A DNA stretch of 56,464 nt from Clostridia bacterium (GCA_045537365.1 JAZSPJ010000137.1:1-56464), one strand, 5' to 3'; shown: positions 1 through 7,874, counted from the stretch's first letter. Notes: generated from the letters alone by a model not told the origin. Numbers and translations are program-made.

Positions 1-19
1 GTAGAAGCCGAAAAACATA

Positions 20-58
20 GCCCTTTTGCAGAAAATAGCAAAGGGGCTTTATGATTTT
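20..58 (+). terminator. Terminator-like hairpin, probably ending a gene upstream of the window
   Basis: Arms GCCCTTTTGC / GCAAAGGGGC (10 bp, one G.U), 8-nt loop, followed by TTTATGATTTT. Confidence 0.5.
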
Positions 59-155
59 ATATAGCAAAGCAAACGCAACGAATCGGTGAGCGGACAAAAA
101 GGCATACGGGTATGCCGTCCGCGATAAAGTGGCGAATGCGAACAAGACGATATTC

Positions 156-195
156 AGAACAACTATTAAGCCAGGTAGTTGTTCTATTTTTATTT
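156..195 (+). terminator. Rho-independent terminator-like hairpin
   Basis: Perfect 10-bp stem AGAACAACTA / TAGTTGTTCT, 10-nt loop, then ATTTTTATTT. Confidence 0.55.
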
Positions 196-469
196 CAGGA
201 AATATATACTGTGGATTTTAATTATTTTTACAAATGTAAAATTTAAAGAAAAAATCTATAATCGTAATTATGTAGTTATATGCTATTCTCAATGGTTTAA
301 GGTGTTTTACCGCAATATCTGTACAATTTTTTATAAATATGTTATAATATAATAAAAAAACAAAGAAAGCTACTGTCCGTTAAATTGTACACATGTCATG
401 ATATAATGATAGTGTCAAGTGTTATAATTCGCTTAATTTGCATCAATAATTTATCCGGAAGATATAGAT

Positions 470-706
470 ATGTCTCCTGAAAATGTAGATTGTATTATTA
501 TGTGTACAGATATAAAAGACAAAATATATGGGGTGATGCAGGCAAAAAAATATATATTTGATTTTAAAACAGCGAGTAAATACTGTCTGGAAAATCTGTG
601 GGGAAATCACTTCGCGGAAAAACTAAATAAACTAAATATATTTTTATCAATCGTTGATAAAGAAAGAATTATTGATAGGAATACCTTTGAAAAAATAAAA
701 AAATGA
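470..706 (+). CDS. Hypothetical 78-aa protein in a very AT-rich islet
   Basis: ORF from the track. The RBS is weak (GGAAG) and I recognise no family. Confidence 0.3.
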   Translation: MSPENVDCIIMCTDIKDKIYGVMQAKKYIFDFKTASKYCLENLWGNHFAEKLNKLNIFLSIVDKERIIDRNTFEKIKK

Positions 707-716
707 GGTGAAAGCA

Positions 717-854
717 TTGACCGGACAAAGAGCAGAACTCTATTTACATACAATTAAGAGTACTATAGACACAGCAAGCACCGTTACAGATTACATAAAC
801 ACTGCAATACAAGAAAAAATGCTTTTCATAAAGAACTTTCAAACTCAAGTATAA
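717..854 (+). CDS. Hypothetical 45-aa protein (MTGQRAELYLHTIKSTIDTASTVTDYINTAIQEKMLFIKNFQTQV), TTG start
   Basis: GAGGTG RBS 6 nt upstream of a TTG that lies 11 nt after the stop of the 470..706 ORF. It is below the size cutoff of the ORF track. Confidence 0.2.
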   Translation: MTGQRAELYLHTIKSTIDTASTVTDYINTAIQEKMLFIKNFQTQV

Positions 855-906
855 ATAGATAGCCAGATTACAACCAACCTTTGTATTAATAAAAGTAGCA
901 TTTTTA

Positions 907-934
907 TTGACTTTTTTTCTTGTTATGATAAAAT
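907..934 (+). promoter_or_regulatory. Sigma-A-type promoter for the malic enzyme gene
   Basis: TTGACT, 16-nt spacer, TGaTAAAAT (extended -10). Confidence 0.4.
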
Positions 935-988
935 ATTATATATAGCAATTGAAAATTACAAGAATTATATACAGGAGCTGAATTAAAA

Positions 989-2161
989 ATGGATATAAAA
1001 AAAGAAGCACTTAAAAAGCATGAACAGTGGCAGGGAAAAATAGAGGTTGTATCGAGGGTGAGAATTAACAGCAAAGAGGCGCTTTCTCTCGCTTATACCC
1101 CCGGTGTTGCCGAGCCTTGTCTTGAAATACAAAAGGATATAAATAAATCCTATGAGCTTACAAGACGAAATAATCTTGTTGCGGTAATTACAGACGGCTC
1201 TGCGGTGTTGGGGCTTGGTGATATAGGCCCTGAGGCAGGTATGCCGGTTATGGAGGGTAAATGTGCTTTGTTTAAAGAGTTTGCCGATGTGGATGCATTT
1301 CCCCTTTGTATTAAAACGCAGGATGTTGACGAGCTGGTTCGTACAATATACCTTATTTCAGGTAGCTTTGGCGGTATCAACCTTGAGGATATATCTGCTC
1401 CCAGATGCTTTGAAATAGAAAAAAGATTAAAAGAGATTTGCGATATACCTGTTTTTCACGACGACCAGCACGGCACTGCCATAGTTGTAGCGGCGGCACT
1501 TATAAATGCCCTGAGGGTTGTTAAAAAAGATATAAAAAATATACGGGTAGTTATAAACGGAGCAGGAAGTGCAGGCACTGCAATAGGTATGCATCTTATG
1601 AAAATGGGAGTTAAAAACCTTGTTATGGCAGACCGTTTTGGCATTATTTGCGAGGGTATGGACGGGCTTAATGATGCACACAAAGAGCTTTCCAAAATAA
1701 CAAATCGTGAGCATATACAGGGTACACTTTCAGATGCAATGAAAGGAGCAGATGTGTTTATAGGGGTATCTGCACCCAATATAGTTACAAAAGAAATGGT
1801 GAGCACAATGGCAGACGGCTCAATAGTATTTGCTATGGCAAATCCCGTACCCGAAATTTTGCCGGATGAGGCAAAAGCAGGCGGTGCGATTGTTGTTGGA
1901 ACAGGACGTTCTGATTATCCAAATCAGATAAACAATGTTGTTGCATTCCCCGGCATTTTCAGGGGGGCGCTTGATGTAAGAGCAAGCGATATAAATGATG
2001 AAATGAAAATGGCGGCATCCTACGCAATAGCAGGGCTTGTAGCGGACGATGAGCTTAAGTCTGATTATATTCTGCCAATGGCATTTGATGAGAGAATAGG
2101 AAGTACTGTTGCAAAAGCTGTTGCCGATGCCGCAATAAAAACAGGTGTTGCAAGGATATAA
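989..2161 (+). CDS. NAD(P)-dependent malic enzyme (short form, no PTA domain)
   Basis: 390 aa with typical malic-enzyme blocks: AYTPGVA, ITDGSAVLGLGDIG, VFHDDQHGTAIV, INGAGSAG. Confidence 0.9.
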   Translation: MDIKKEALKKHEQWQGKIEVVSRVRINSKEALSLAYTPGVAEPCLEIQKDINKSYELTRRNNLVAVITDGSAVLGLGDIGPEAGMPVMEGKCALFKEFADVDAFPLCIKTQDVDELVRTIYLISGSFGGINLEDISAPRCFEIEKRLKEICDIPVFHDDQHGTAIVVAAALINALRVVKKDIKNIRVVINGAGSAGTAIGMHLMKMGVKNLVMADRFGIICEGMDGLNDAHKELSKITNREHIQGTLSDAMKGADVFIGVSAPNIVTKEMVSTMADGSIVFAMANPVPEILPDEAKAGGAIVVGTGRSDYPNQINNVVAFPGIFRGALDVRASDINDEMKMAASYAIAGLVADDELKSDYILPMAFDERIGSTVAKAVADAAIKTGVARI

Positions 2162-2177
2162 TAATGAGGTGAAAAAA

Positions 2178-2843
2178 TTGGCTAAAAACGATTTTAAAAA
2201 TATGACATTCAGGAAAAAACTGGAGCATTTTTGGTTTTATTACAAATGGCATACAATAATAGGGCTTGTTGCTTTGATTATAGTGGTTTACAGTGTGTAC
2301 GGCGCTCTGACACAAACAAAGTACGATTTTTATATTGATATGATTTGCAGTGATGTATCCTATGATATCGCAGAAAATATAGGCAAGACCTTAGAAAATA
2401 CAGATATTATAAAAGACTTAAACGGCGACGGAGAAAAGCATGTGCTTACATCGCTTATAGCATTCTCAAGCGAGGGCGACAGCCAGCAGGATATTCAGCA
2501 GATGCAGGCGGTTCAGGTAAGGATGCTTGTTGGAGAATCTACCGTTATGCTGGTTGGAAGCACCTTTATTACAGGCTACAGCACACAGGGTGTATTTGCG
2601 GACATAACACATATAGCGGATAAATATAATATACCCGATGATGCCCGCTTTATAGACGAAAACGGTGCAACCATAGGTATAAAACTGCACAACAATAAAT
2701 TTATGTACGACCATGGCACAGTTGCCGAGGATTCGTATATAGCAAAGCGAAATGTGCCTCATAACCATCAAAAGGACGAGCAGAAATTAAAGGAATATGA
2801 AATGTCGGATGCAGTTATTGAATATATTTTAAGCTACGAATAA
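2178..2843 (+). CDS. Hypothetical membrane-anchored protein (one N-terminal TM helix)
   Basis: The track ORF is 2145..2843. The preferred start is TTG at 2178, 6 nt after a GAGGTG RBS. The TM segment is IIGLVALIIVVYSVYGAL. Confidence 0.55.
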   Translation: MAKNDFKNMTFRKKLEHFWFYYKWHTIIGLVALIIVVYSVYGALTQTKYDFYIDMICSDVSYDIAENIGKTLENTDIIKDLNGDGEKHVLTSLIAFSSEGDSQQDIQQMQAVQVRMLVGESTVMLVGSTFITGYSTQGVFADITHIADKYNIPDDARFIDENGATIGIKLHNNKFMYDHGTVAEDSYIAKRNVPHNHQKDEQKLKEYEMSDAVIEYILSYE

Positions 2844-2870
2844 AATATGGAATGTAAAAAAAGCCCGGAA

Positions 2871-2911
2871 CAAAAAAGGCTGATTGGAAACAAAAAGTTT
2901 CTAATCAGCCT
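2871..2911 (-). terminator. Terminator of the rpsF-ssb-rpsR operon
   Basis: 15-bp stem AGGCTGATTGGAAAC / GTTTCTAATCAGCCT, followed by TTTTTTG on the minus strand. Confidence 0.75.
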
Positions 2912-2920
2912 ATTCGTTTA

Positions 2921-3157
2921 TTATTCAGTTGTATAAGGAATTAAAGCAATGTGTCTTGCTCTCTTAACAGCCAATGTAAGCTGTCTCTGATGTTTAGCGC
3001 AGTTACCGCTTATTCTTCTTGGAAGAATCTTAGCTCTTTCAGATACGTATCTTTTGAGCTTTGCAACATCCTTATAATCTATTTCTGCAACCTTATCTAC
3101 GCAAAATGCGCAAACTTTTCTTTTTGGTTTTCTGCGAAACTGTTTTTCTTCAGCCAT
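2921..3157 (-). CDS. rpsR: 30S ribosomal protein S18
   Basis: 78 aa, [13 protein letters not shown]...YKD...[18 protein letters not shown], typical of S18. Confidence 0.95.
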   Translation of the reverse strand: MAEEKQFRRKPKRKVCAFCVDKVAEIDYKDVAKLKRYVSERAKILPRRISGNCAKHQRQLTLAVKRARHIALIPYTTE

Positions 3158-3185
3158 TGTATTTACCTCCTGTTATAATTTTAAA

Positions 3186-3620
3186 TTAGAAAGGAAGATC
3201 GTCATCGGTTGTATCAGGCATAGGCGAAAAGCCCATTGTCGGCGCTTCGTCTGCCATAGGAGCGGGATTGCTGTCAAAACCGACACCTGCACCCTGAGAA
3301 GCAGATTTGCTCTCAACAAAATGTACCTCATCAACAGAAACCTCGGTAACATAAACCTTCTGTCCGTCTTTGTTATCGTAGTTTCTTGTCTGAATACTAC
3401 CAACTACACCTACCATTCTGCCTTTGGCAAAATATTTTCCCAAAAGCTCTGCACTCTGACGCCAAGCTACACAATTAATAAAGTCAGCGTCGTACTCGCC
3501 CTGAGCATTTCTAAAACGCCTGTTTACTGCTATTGTAAACGAGCAAACGCTAATGCCGTTTGCAGTTGTTTTAAGCTCCGGGTCTCTTGTTAAGCGTCCT
3601 ACTAAAATAACTTTGTTCAT
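3186..3620 (-). CDS. ssb: Single-stranded DNA-binding protein
   Basis: MNKVILVGRLTRDPEL OB-fold N-terminus, Gly/Pro-rich linker, acidic DDDLPF tail. Confidence 0.95.
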   Translation of the reverse strand: MNKVILVGRLTRDPELKTTANGISVCSFTIAVNRRFRNAQGEYDADFINCVAWRQSAELLGKYFAKGRMVGVVGSIQTRNYDNKDGQKVYVTEVSVDEVHFVESKSASQGAGVGFDSNPAPMADEAPTMGFSPMPDTTDDDLPF

Positions 3621-3639
3621 TAGTAATCACCGATCCCTA

Positions 3640-3930
3640 TTATTTTTTAATTACAATAGTTCTCAATAAACCATCGGTTATATTGTAAACTCTGTTAAGC
3701 TCTGTAATAAACTCAGCTTCGCTTGTAAAGTTTACCAATACATAATAGCCCTCTGATTTAAAGTTGATTTCGTAAGCCAACTTTCTCTTACCCCAAACAT
3801 CAACAGAATCAATTGTTCCGTTAGCCTCGATAAGAGCTTTGAATTTTTCGGTAAGTGCGTTGATATCTTCTTCCGACAATGATGCGTCAATCACGAAGAT
3901 AGTTTCGTACTTGTTCATAATTTTTTCCAT
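3640..3930 (-). CDS. rpsF: 30S ribosomal protein S6
   Basis: The track ORF extends to 4065. The S6 sequence begins at the ATG at 3930 (MEKIMNKYETIFVI...), 7 nt after GGGAGGTG. Confidence 0.9.
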   Translation of the reverse strand: MEKIMNKYETIFVIDASLSEEDINALTEKFKALIEANGTIDSVDVWGKRKLAYEINFKSEGYYVLVNFTSEAEFITELNRVYNITDGLLRTIVIKK

Positions 3931-4027
3931 TTCACTGTCACCTCCCTTTTGGACTAAGGCTTTGGAATAAATAAGTAAATTTTTTGAAGTGATTCCAAAG
4001 CAAGGAAAAATATGCCCATTCGCATAC
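3931..4027 (-). promoter_or_regulatory. 5' leader of the rpsF operon (~95 nt) with a 9-bp hairpin, a possible S6:S18 autoregulatory leader
   Basis: Lies between the consensus promoter and the RBS. The stem is CTTTGGAAT / ATTCCAAAG. Confidence 0.3.
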
Positions 4028-4033
4028 TCTAAT

Positions 4034-4062
4034 ATTATATAACAGTTTTTTTTGCTTGTCAA
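4034..4062 (-). promoter_or_regulatory. Consensus sigma-A promoter of rpsF-ssb-rpsR
   Basis: Minus strand reads TTGACA, 17 nt, TATAAT. Confidence 0.65.
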
Positions 4063-4070
4063 CAATTTTT

Positions 4071-4096
4071 TTGCGAAAACAGGTGAAAGTGTCGAA
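4071..4096 (+). promoter_or_regulatory. Spo0A-box-like pair
   Basis: TTGCGAA at 4071-4077 and TGTCGAA (exact 0A-box heptamer) at 4090-4096, just upstream of the promoter at 4123. Confidence 0.3.
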
Positions 4097-4122
4097 AAAC
4101 CCGCATAAATTTACAATTTATG

Positions 4123-4151
4123 TTGATATTTACTGCGTTTTTTGATACAAT
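4123..4151 (+). promoter_or_regulatory. Promoter of the MBL-fold lipoprotein gene
   Basis: TTGATA, 17 nt, TGaTACAAT (extended -10). Confidence 0.45.
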
Positions 4152-4198
4152 AAAAATATAAAAACACAGAAAAGCTTTTGGAAAGGACAACAGTATTA

Positions 4199-5218
4199 AT
4201 GAAAAAACTGCTTTTATGCCTTGTTTTGATATTTGTTTGCGTAAGCCTTACGGCGTGCGGATTTTCAGCAAACCAAAATGTACTCGAAAATCCGTCTTTA
4301 AAAGTACATTTTATAGATGTTGGTCAGGGCGACTCAATTTTTATAGAACTTCCCGACTCAAAAACCATGCTTATAGACTGCGGTGAATACGAATATGCCG
4401 ATTTTGTTACTAACTATATAAAAAGCCTTGGGTACGACAGGCTTGATTATGCCGTTGCAACACATCCGCATACCGACCACATGGGCGGTATGGCAACCCT
4501 GATAAAAAAATTTAAACCACAAAATTTTTATATGCCCGATGCGGTGCACGATACCCTTGCCTTTGATAAAATGCTTGAGGCTCTTGCAAATTCGGGTTGC
4601 AGTGCCGAATATGCTGTTGCAGGCAAGCTTATTTTTGATGTAAACGGCACAAGAGCCGAGTTTTTAGCACCGCACAAAAACAGCTTTGCCGATTTAAACA
4701 ATCTTTCGGCGGTTATAAGGCTCACATATAAAAATTCATCATTTTTATTTACGGGCGATGCCGAAAAATATTCCGAAGCCCGTATGATTTCAAGCAAGGT
4801 CGATTTAAGTGCCGATGTTTTAAAGTGCGGTCATCACGGCAGCTCGTCATCTACAAGTGAGGCGTTTTTAAATAAGGTTAATCCAAAATATGCAGTTATA
4901 TCTGCCGGCAAGGACAACAGCTACGGGCATCCTCATATTGAAACCATTGCCCTGCTTGACCGAAAGGGCGTTGAGTATTACCAAACAAGCGAGGTGGGAA
5001 CTGTTGTAATTTCAACCGACGGCGAGGCTTATGCCGTGCAAACGATTGAAACTGCCGATAGTCGCAATATTGCCAATTACACTAATGTATATCGCACCAA
5101 AAAGGGCAAGCGCTATCACATAGAGGGGTGCGATGGTCTTAAATACACCAAAATACCAACAACCATAGAGGAGGCACAGCGCATGGGGCTTAAGCCCTGC
5201 AATGCGTGTATGCCATAG
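4199..5218 (+). CDS. Secreted lipoprotein, ComEC/Rec2-related metallo-beta-lactamase-fold hydrolase with a C-terminal His/Cys motif
   Basis: Lipobox LTAC after MKKLLLCLVLIFVCVS. MBL motifs HFIDVGQGDS and HPHTDHMGG. The C-terminus carries YH-x4-C...C-x2-C. Confidence 0.8.
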   Translation: MKKLLLCLVLIFVCVSLTACGFSANQNVLENPSLKVHFIDVGQGDSIFIELPDSKTMLIDCGEYEYADFVTNYIKSLGYDRLDYAVATHPHTDHMGGMATLIKKFKPQNFYMPDAVHDTLAFDKMLEALANSGCSAEYAVAGKLIFDVNGTRAEFLAPHKNSFADLNNLSAVIRLTYKNSSFLFTGDAEKYSEARMISSKVDLSADVLKCGHHGSSSSTSEAFLNKVNPKYAVISAGKDNSYGHPHIETIALLDRKGVEYYQTSEVGTVVISTDGEAYAVQTIETADSRNIANYTNVYRTKKGKRYHIEGCDGLKYTKIPTTIEEAQRMGLKPCNACMP

Positions 5219-5247
5219 TATTTACAAAGGACAAGGGGGAGTTTTTT

Positions 5248-5601
5248 ATGAGCGTTATTTTTATTGTTATTAATGTGTGCCTTGCAATTATGAGCGGTAC
5301 GGCGCACATAAGCCGTTATTTGAGGGCTAATACGGATTACTATGCCCTCGGGCACAAAAAAAGCATTTTGCTTGATACCTTTTTTGATATTACATACCGT
5401 ATAACCACCTTGCCTGTATGCTTTATATGCATAGGTTTATCCTTTGCCTGCGCCCTTTACGGTGTATACAAATATTTTGATGTATTTTTTGCAAAAAAGA
5501 TGGATAAAAAGCCCTTAAAAAGCTTTGGCTGGATAGTGTTTATATTGCTTGGTGCATATAATGTGTGGGGAATTATAAACATACTTTTTATGCATGTGTA
5601 A
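5248..5601 (+). CDS. Hypothetical small integral membrane protein (3-4 TM helices)
   Basis: ATG 7 nt after AAGGGGGAG. The sequence is hydrophobic. The track ORF begins at 5206. Confidence 0.5.
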   Translation: MSVIFIVINVCLAIMSGTAHISRYLRANTDYYALGHKKSILLDTFFDITYRITTLPVCFICIGLSFACALYGVYKYFDVFFAKKMDKKPLKSFGWIVFILLGAYNVWGIINILFMHV

Positions 5602-5649
5602 GAGGGGAATGTAAAAAAGTCCATAGTGCATAAATTAGTTTTAAAGCTT

Positions 5650-5687
5650 AAAACACCACTTGCCGTTAAAAGCAGGTGGTGTTTTTT
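5650..5687. terminator. Bidirectional terminator
   Basis: 14-bp stem AAAACACCACTTGC / GCAGGTGGTGTTTT with an A-tract on one side and a T-tract on the other. Confidence 0.65.
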
Positions 5688-5690
5688 AAA

Positions 5691-5987
5691 TTACACTCTT
5701 TGTTTTGGTTCAAATTTTATTTCGTACCCCAGAACATCCAAAATGCTGCACAGGGTTTTAAGTGTAGGGCTGTTTTCTTTATTTTCAATTCTTGATATAA
5801 CTTGCTGTTTGTTTCCGCTTTTTTCTGCAAGTTCGGTTTGAGACAGGTTGGCTTCTTTTCTTATTTTTACAAGTTCTGCAAGCAATTTATACTCGTTTCT
5901 GCTTTCGTTCCATAATGTATCAAATTCAGCATCTTTTTTTCTTTTTTCGGTAATTTTTTCGTTTACATTTATTTGTTTAAACGGCAT
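5691..5987 (-). CDS. XRE-family HTH protein, HigA-like antitoxin
   Basis: 98 aa. HTH segment LSQTELAEKSGNKQQVISRIENKENSPTLKTL. It starts 14 nt downstream of the toxin-like gene. Confidence 0.75.
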   Translation of the reverse strand: MPFKQINVNEKITEKRKKDAEFDTLWNESRNEYKLLAELVKIRKEANLSQTELAEKSGNKQQVISRIENKENSPTLKTLCSILDVLGYEIKFEPKQRV

Positions 5988-6001
5988 AACATTAGTCCTC
6001 C

Positions 6002-6340
6002 TTATATAAATGATTTATTTAGCAGTTTGCCAAGCTCTTTGGCTCTTGAAATAACAATAGTTTTATCTGTTGTTTCGGTTTTGTTCTTTTGCTTTCTGCA
6101 GGCATGCAGTAAGTAAAAATCCTCGTTTTCAATAGTAACATAAAAAATTCTATTATGCTTATAAAAATAAACCTCCCAAATTTTGCCCTGCCAGGGTTTT
6201 ATGTTAAGCTCGTTAATCCGGTCTTCCTCAAAAGCTTGCAAAACCGAATATCCGTCAACCTGTTCTTCTTTGGATAGTTTATCTATATATTTTAGAATCA
6301 AATCTTTGCCACTTGAATTTTGATATGTGTGTACTCTCAT
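6002..6340 (-). CDS. RelE/ParE-superfamily toxin, HigB / phage Gp49-like
   Basis: Starts at an ATG with GGAG 6 nt upstream (MRVHTYQNSSGKDLILKYI...). The toxin-first gene order is typical of higBA. Confidence 0.65.
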   Translation of the reverse strand: MRVHTYQNSSGKDLILKYIDKLSKEEQVDGYSVLQAFEEDRINELNIKPWQGKIWEVYFYKHNRIFYVTIENEDFYLLHACRKQKNKTETTDKTIVISRAKELGKLLNKSFI

Positions 6341-6365
6341 ATTATGCTCCAACATAAAATTTTTA

Positions 6366-6410
6366 TACAACTATTTTGTTGTATTTTTATTATACAACTT
6401 TTTTGTTGTA
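6366..6410. promoter_or_regulatory. Two copies of an 18-bp palindromic operator upstream of the toxin gene
   Basis: TACAAC-N6-GTTGTA at 6366-6383 and 6393-6410, spaced 27 bp centre to centre. Confidence 0.55.
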
Positions 6411-6457
6411 TTGTCAAGACTGTTTAAACATAATAAACTCAGAGAATGTTTATAAAA

Positions 6458-6502
6458 AACAGGCAAATCTAAGAGCGTTGCACTTACTTTGATTTGCCTG
6501 TT
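6458..6502 (-). terminator. Terminator of the citrate synthase gene
   Basis: 12-bp stem AACAGGCAAATC / GATTTGCCTGTT, followed by TTTTTTAT on the minus strand. Confidence 0.6.
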
Positions 6503-6512
6503 TAAGTTTTAT

Positions 6513-7874
6513 TTACCTCTTATTAAACTCAACATATTCCTGCTTTTCTTTAACATTTATATAAGCAGGGCGTATTATTTTTCCGTTATTTTGTATCTCC
6601 TCTATTCTGTGGGCGCTCCAACCTGAAATTCTTGAAATCGCAAATATAGGCGTGTAAAGCTCGCAGGGCAGTTCAAGCATTTTGTATATAAGTCCCGAAT
6701 AAAAGTCTACATTCGGGCTTACACCTTTATACATCTGCCGTTTTTCTGCAATGATTTCGGGCGCAAGGCGTGCAACGGTTTCATATAAAGCGTAATCGTC
6801 GTCATAACCTTTTGCAACGGATAAATCTTTTGCACAGCTTTTAAGCACATCGGCACGGGGATCGGATTTTGAATAAATTGCGTGCCCCATTCCGTATATA
6901 AGCCCTGCCTTATCAAATGCTTCTTTATTTAAAAGCTTTACAAGGTAATCTTTAATTTCACCCTCGCATTTGGTGTTTATATTTTCCTTCATATCGTCAA
7001 ACATCTGCACGACCTTAATGTTTGCACCGCCGTGACGGGGTCCTTTAAGTGAGCCGAGAGCCGCCGCAATTGCCGAGTATGTATCAGTACCCGACGAGGT
7101 TACAACATGGGTTGTAAATGATGAGTTATTACCGCCGCCGTGTTCTGCGTGCAGTACTAAAGCAAGGTCAAGAATTTTTGCTTCAAGCTCTGTGTATTTA
7201 CCCTCTCCCCTTAAAAGATGCAAAATGTTTTCGGCTGTGGAAAGCTCTGCCTTTGGCAGGTGTATATTTAAGCTTTGCTCGTTATAATAATGCTGAAACG
7301 ACTGATAGCCGTATACCGCCAAAAGCGGAAATACAGATATTAAAAATATGCTTTGCCTTAATACATTTTCTACTGATATATCATCGGGGTTATAATCGTA
7401 AGCATAAAGCGCAAGCACACAGCGGGCAAGTATATTCATCATATTACTGCCGGGTGCTTTTAGTATCATATCTCTTACAAAGGACGATGGCAGGGTTCTG
7501 TATTCGGCTAAAGTGCTTTTGAATTTTTCAAGGCTGTTTTTATCGGGCAACTCGGAAAACAGTAATAGGTAGGATATTTCCTCAAAGCCAAAGCGGTTGT
7601 CTTTTATAAAGCCCGAAACCAGTTCTTTTATATTGTATCCCCTGTAATAAAGCTCGCCGTCGCAGGGTATCTTTTCGCCGTTTGCGCCAATATCCTTTGC
7701 TTTAATGTTGGATATTTCCGTAAGCCCTGTAACTACGCCATTACCGTTTAAATCACGCAGACCGCGTTTTACATTGTGCTGTTGATACATCTGGGGCTGA
7801 ATGTGGTTGTTTGCACACGAAAGAGCCGAAAGCTCCTTTATGTACGGTGATATTTCAGAATATGGTTTTCCCAT
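6513..7874 (-). CDS. gltA: Citrate synthase
   Basis: 453 aa with HAEHGGGNNSSFTTHV and GPRHGGANIKV blocks. Confidence 0.9.
   Translation of the reverse strand: MGKPYSEISPYIKELSALSCANNHIQPQMYQQHNVKRGLRDLNGNGVVTGLTEISNIKAKDIGANGEKIPCDGELYYRGYNIKELVSGFIKDNRFGFEEISYLLLFSELPDKNSLEKFKSTLAEYRTLPSSFVRDMILKAPGSNMMNILARCVLALYAYDYNPDDISVENVLRQSIFLISVFPLLAVYGYQSFQHYYNEQSLNIHLPKAELSTAENILHLLRGEGKYTELEAKILDLALVLHAEHGGGNNSSFTTHVVTSSGTDTYSAIAAALGSLKGPRHGGANIKVVQMFDDMKENINTKCEGEIKDYLVKLLNKEAFDKAGLIYGMGHAIYSKSDPRADVLKSCAKDLSVAKGYDDDYALYETVARLAPEIIAEKRQMYKGVSPNVDFYSGLIYKMLELPCELYTPIFAISRISGWSAHRIEEIQNNGKIIRPAYINVKEKQEYVEFNKR

Noticed and set aside
2847-2936. A 29-aa ORF ([29 protein letters not shown]) covering the recurrent motif, with similar CKK[ST]PE[QR]K translations at 19223 and 5604
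   Set aside because: The similar translations fall in different frames relative to the upstream stops and lack start codons at the other loci. The ORF also runs through the rpsR terminator and into rpsR. The conservation is at the nucleotide level.
3931-4065. The N-terminal 45-aa extension of the S6 ORF in the track
   Set aside because: The extension covers the promoter and leader. The conserved S6 sequence starts at the ATG at 3930, which has a GGGAGGTG RBS.
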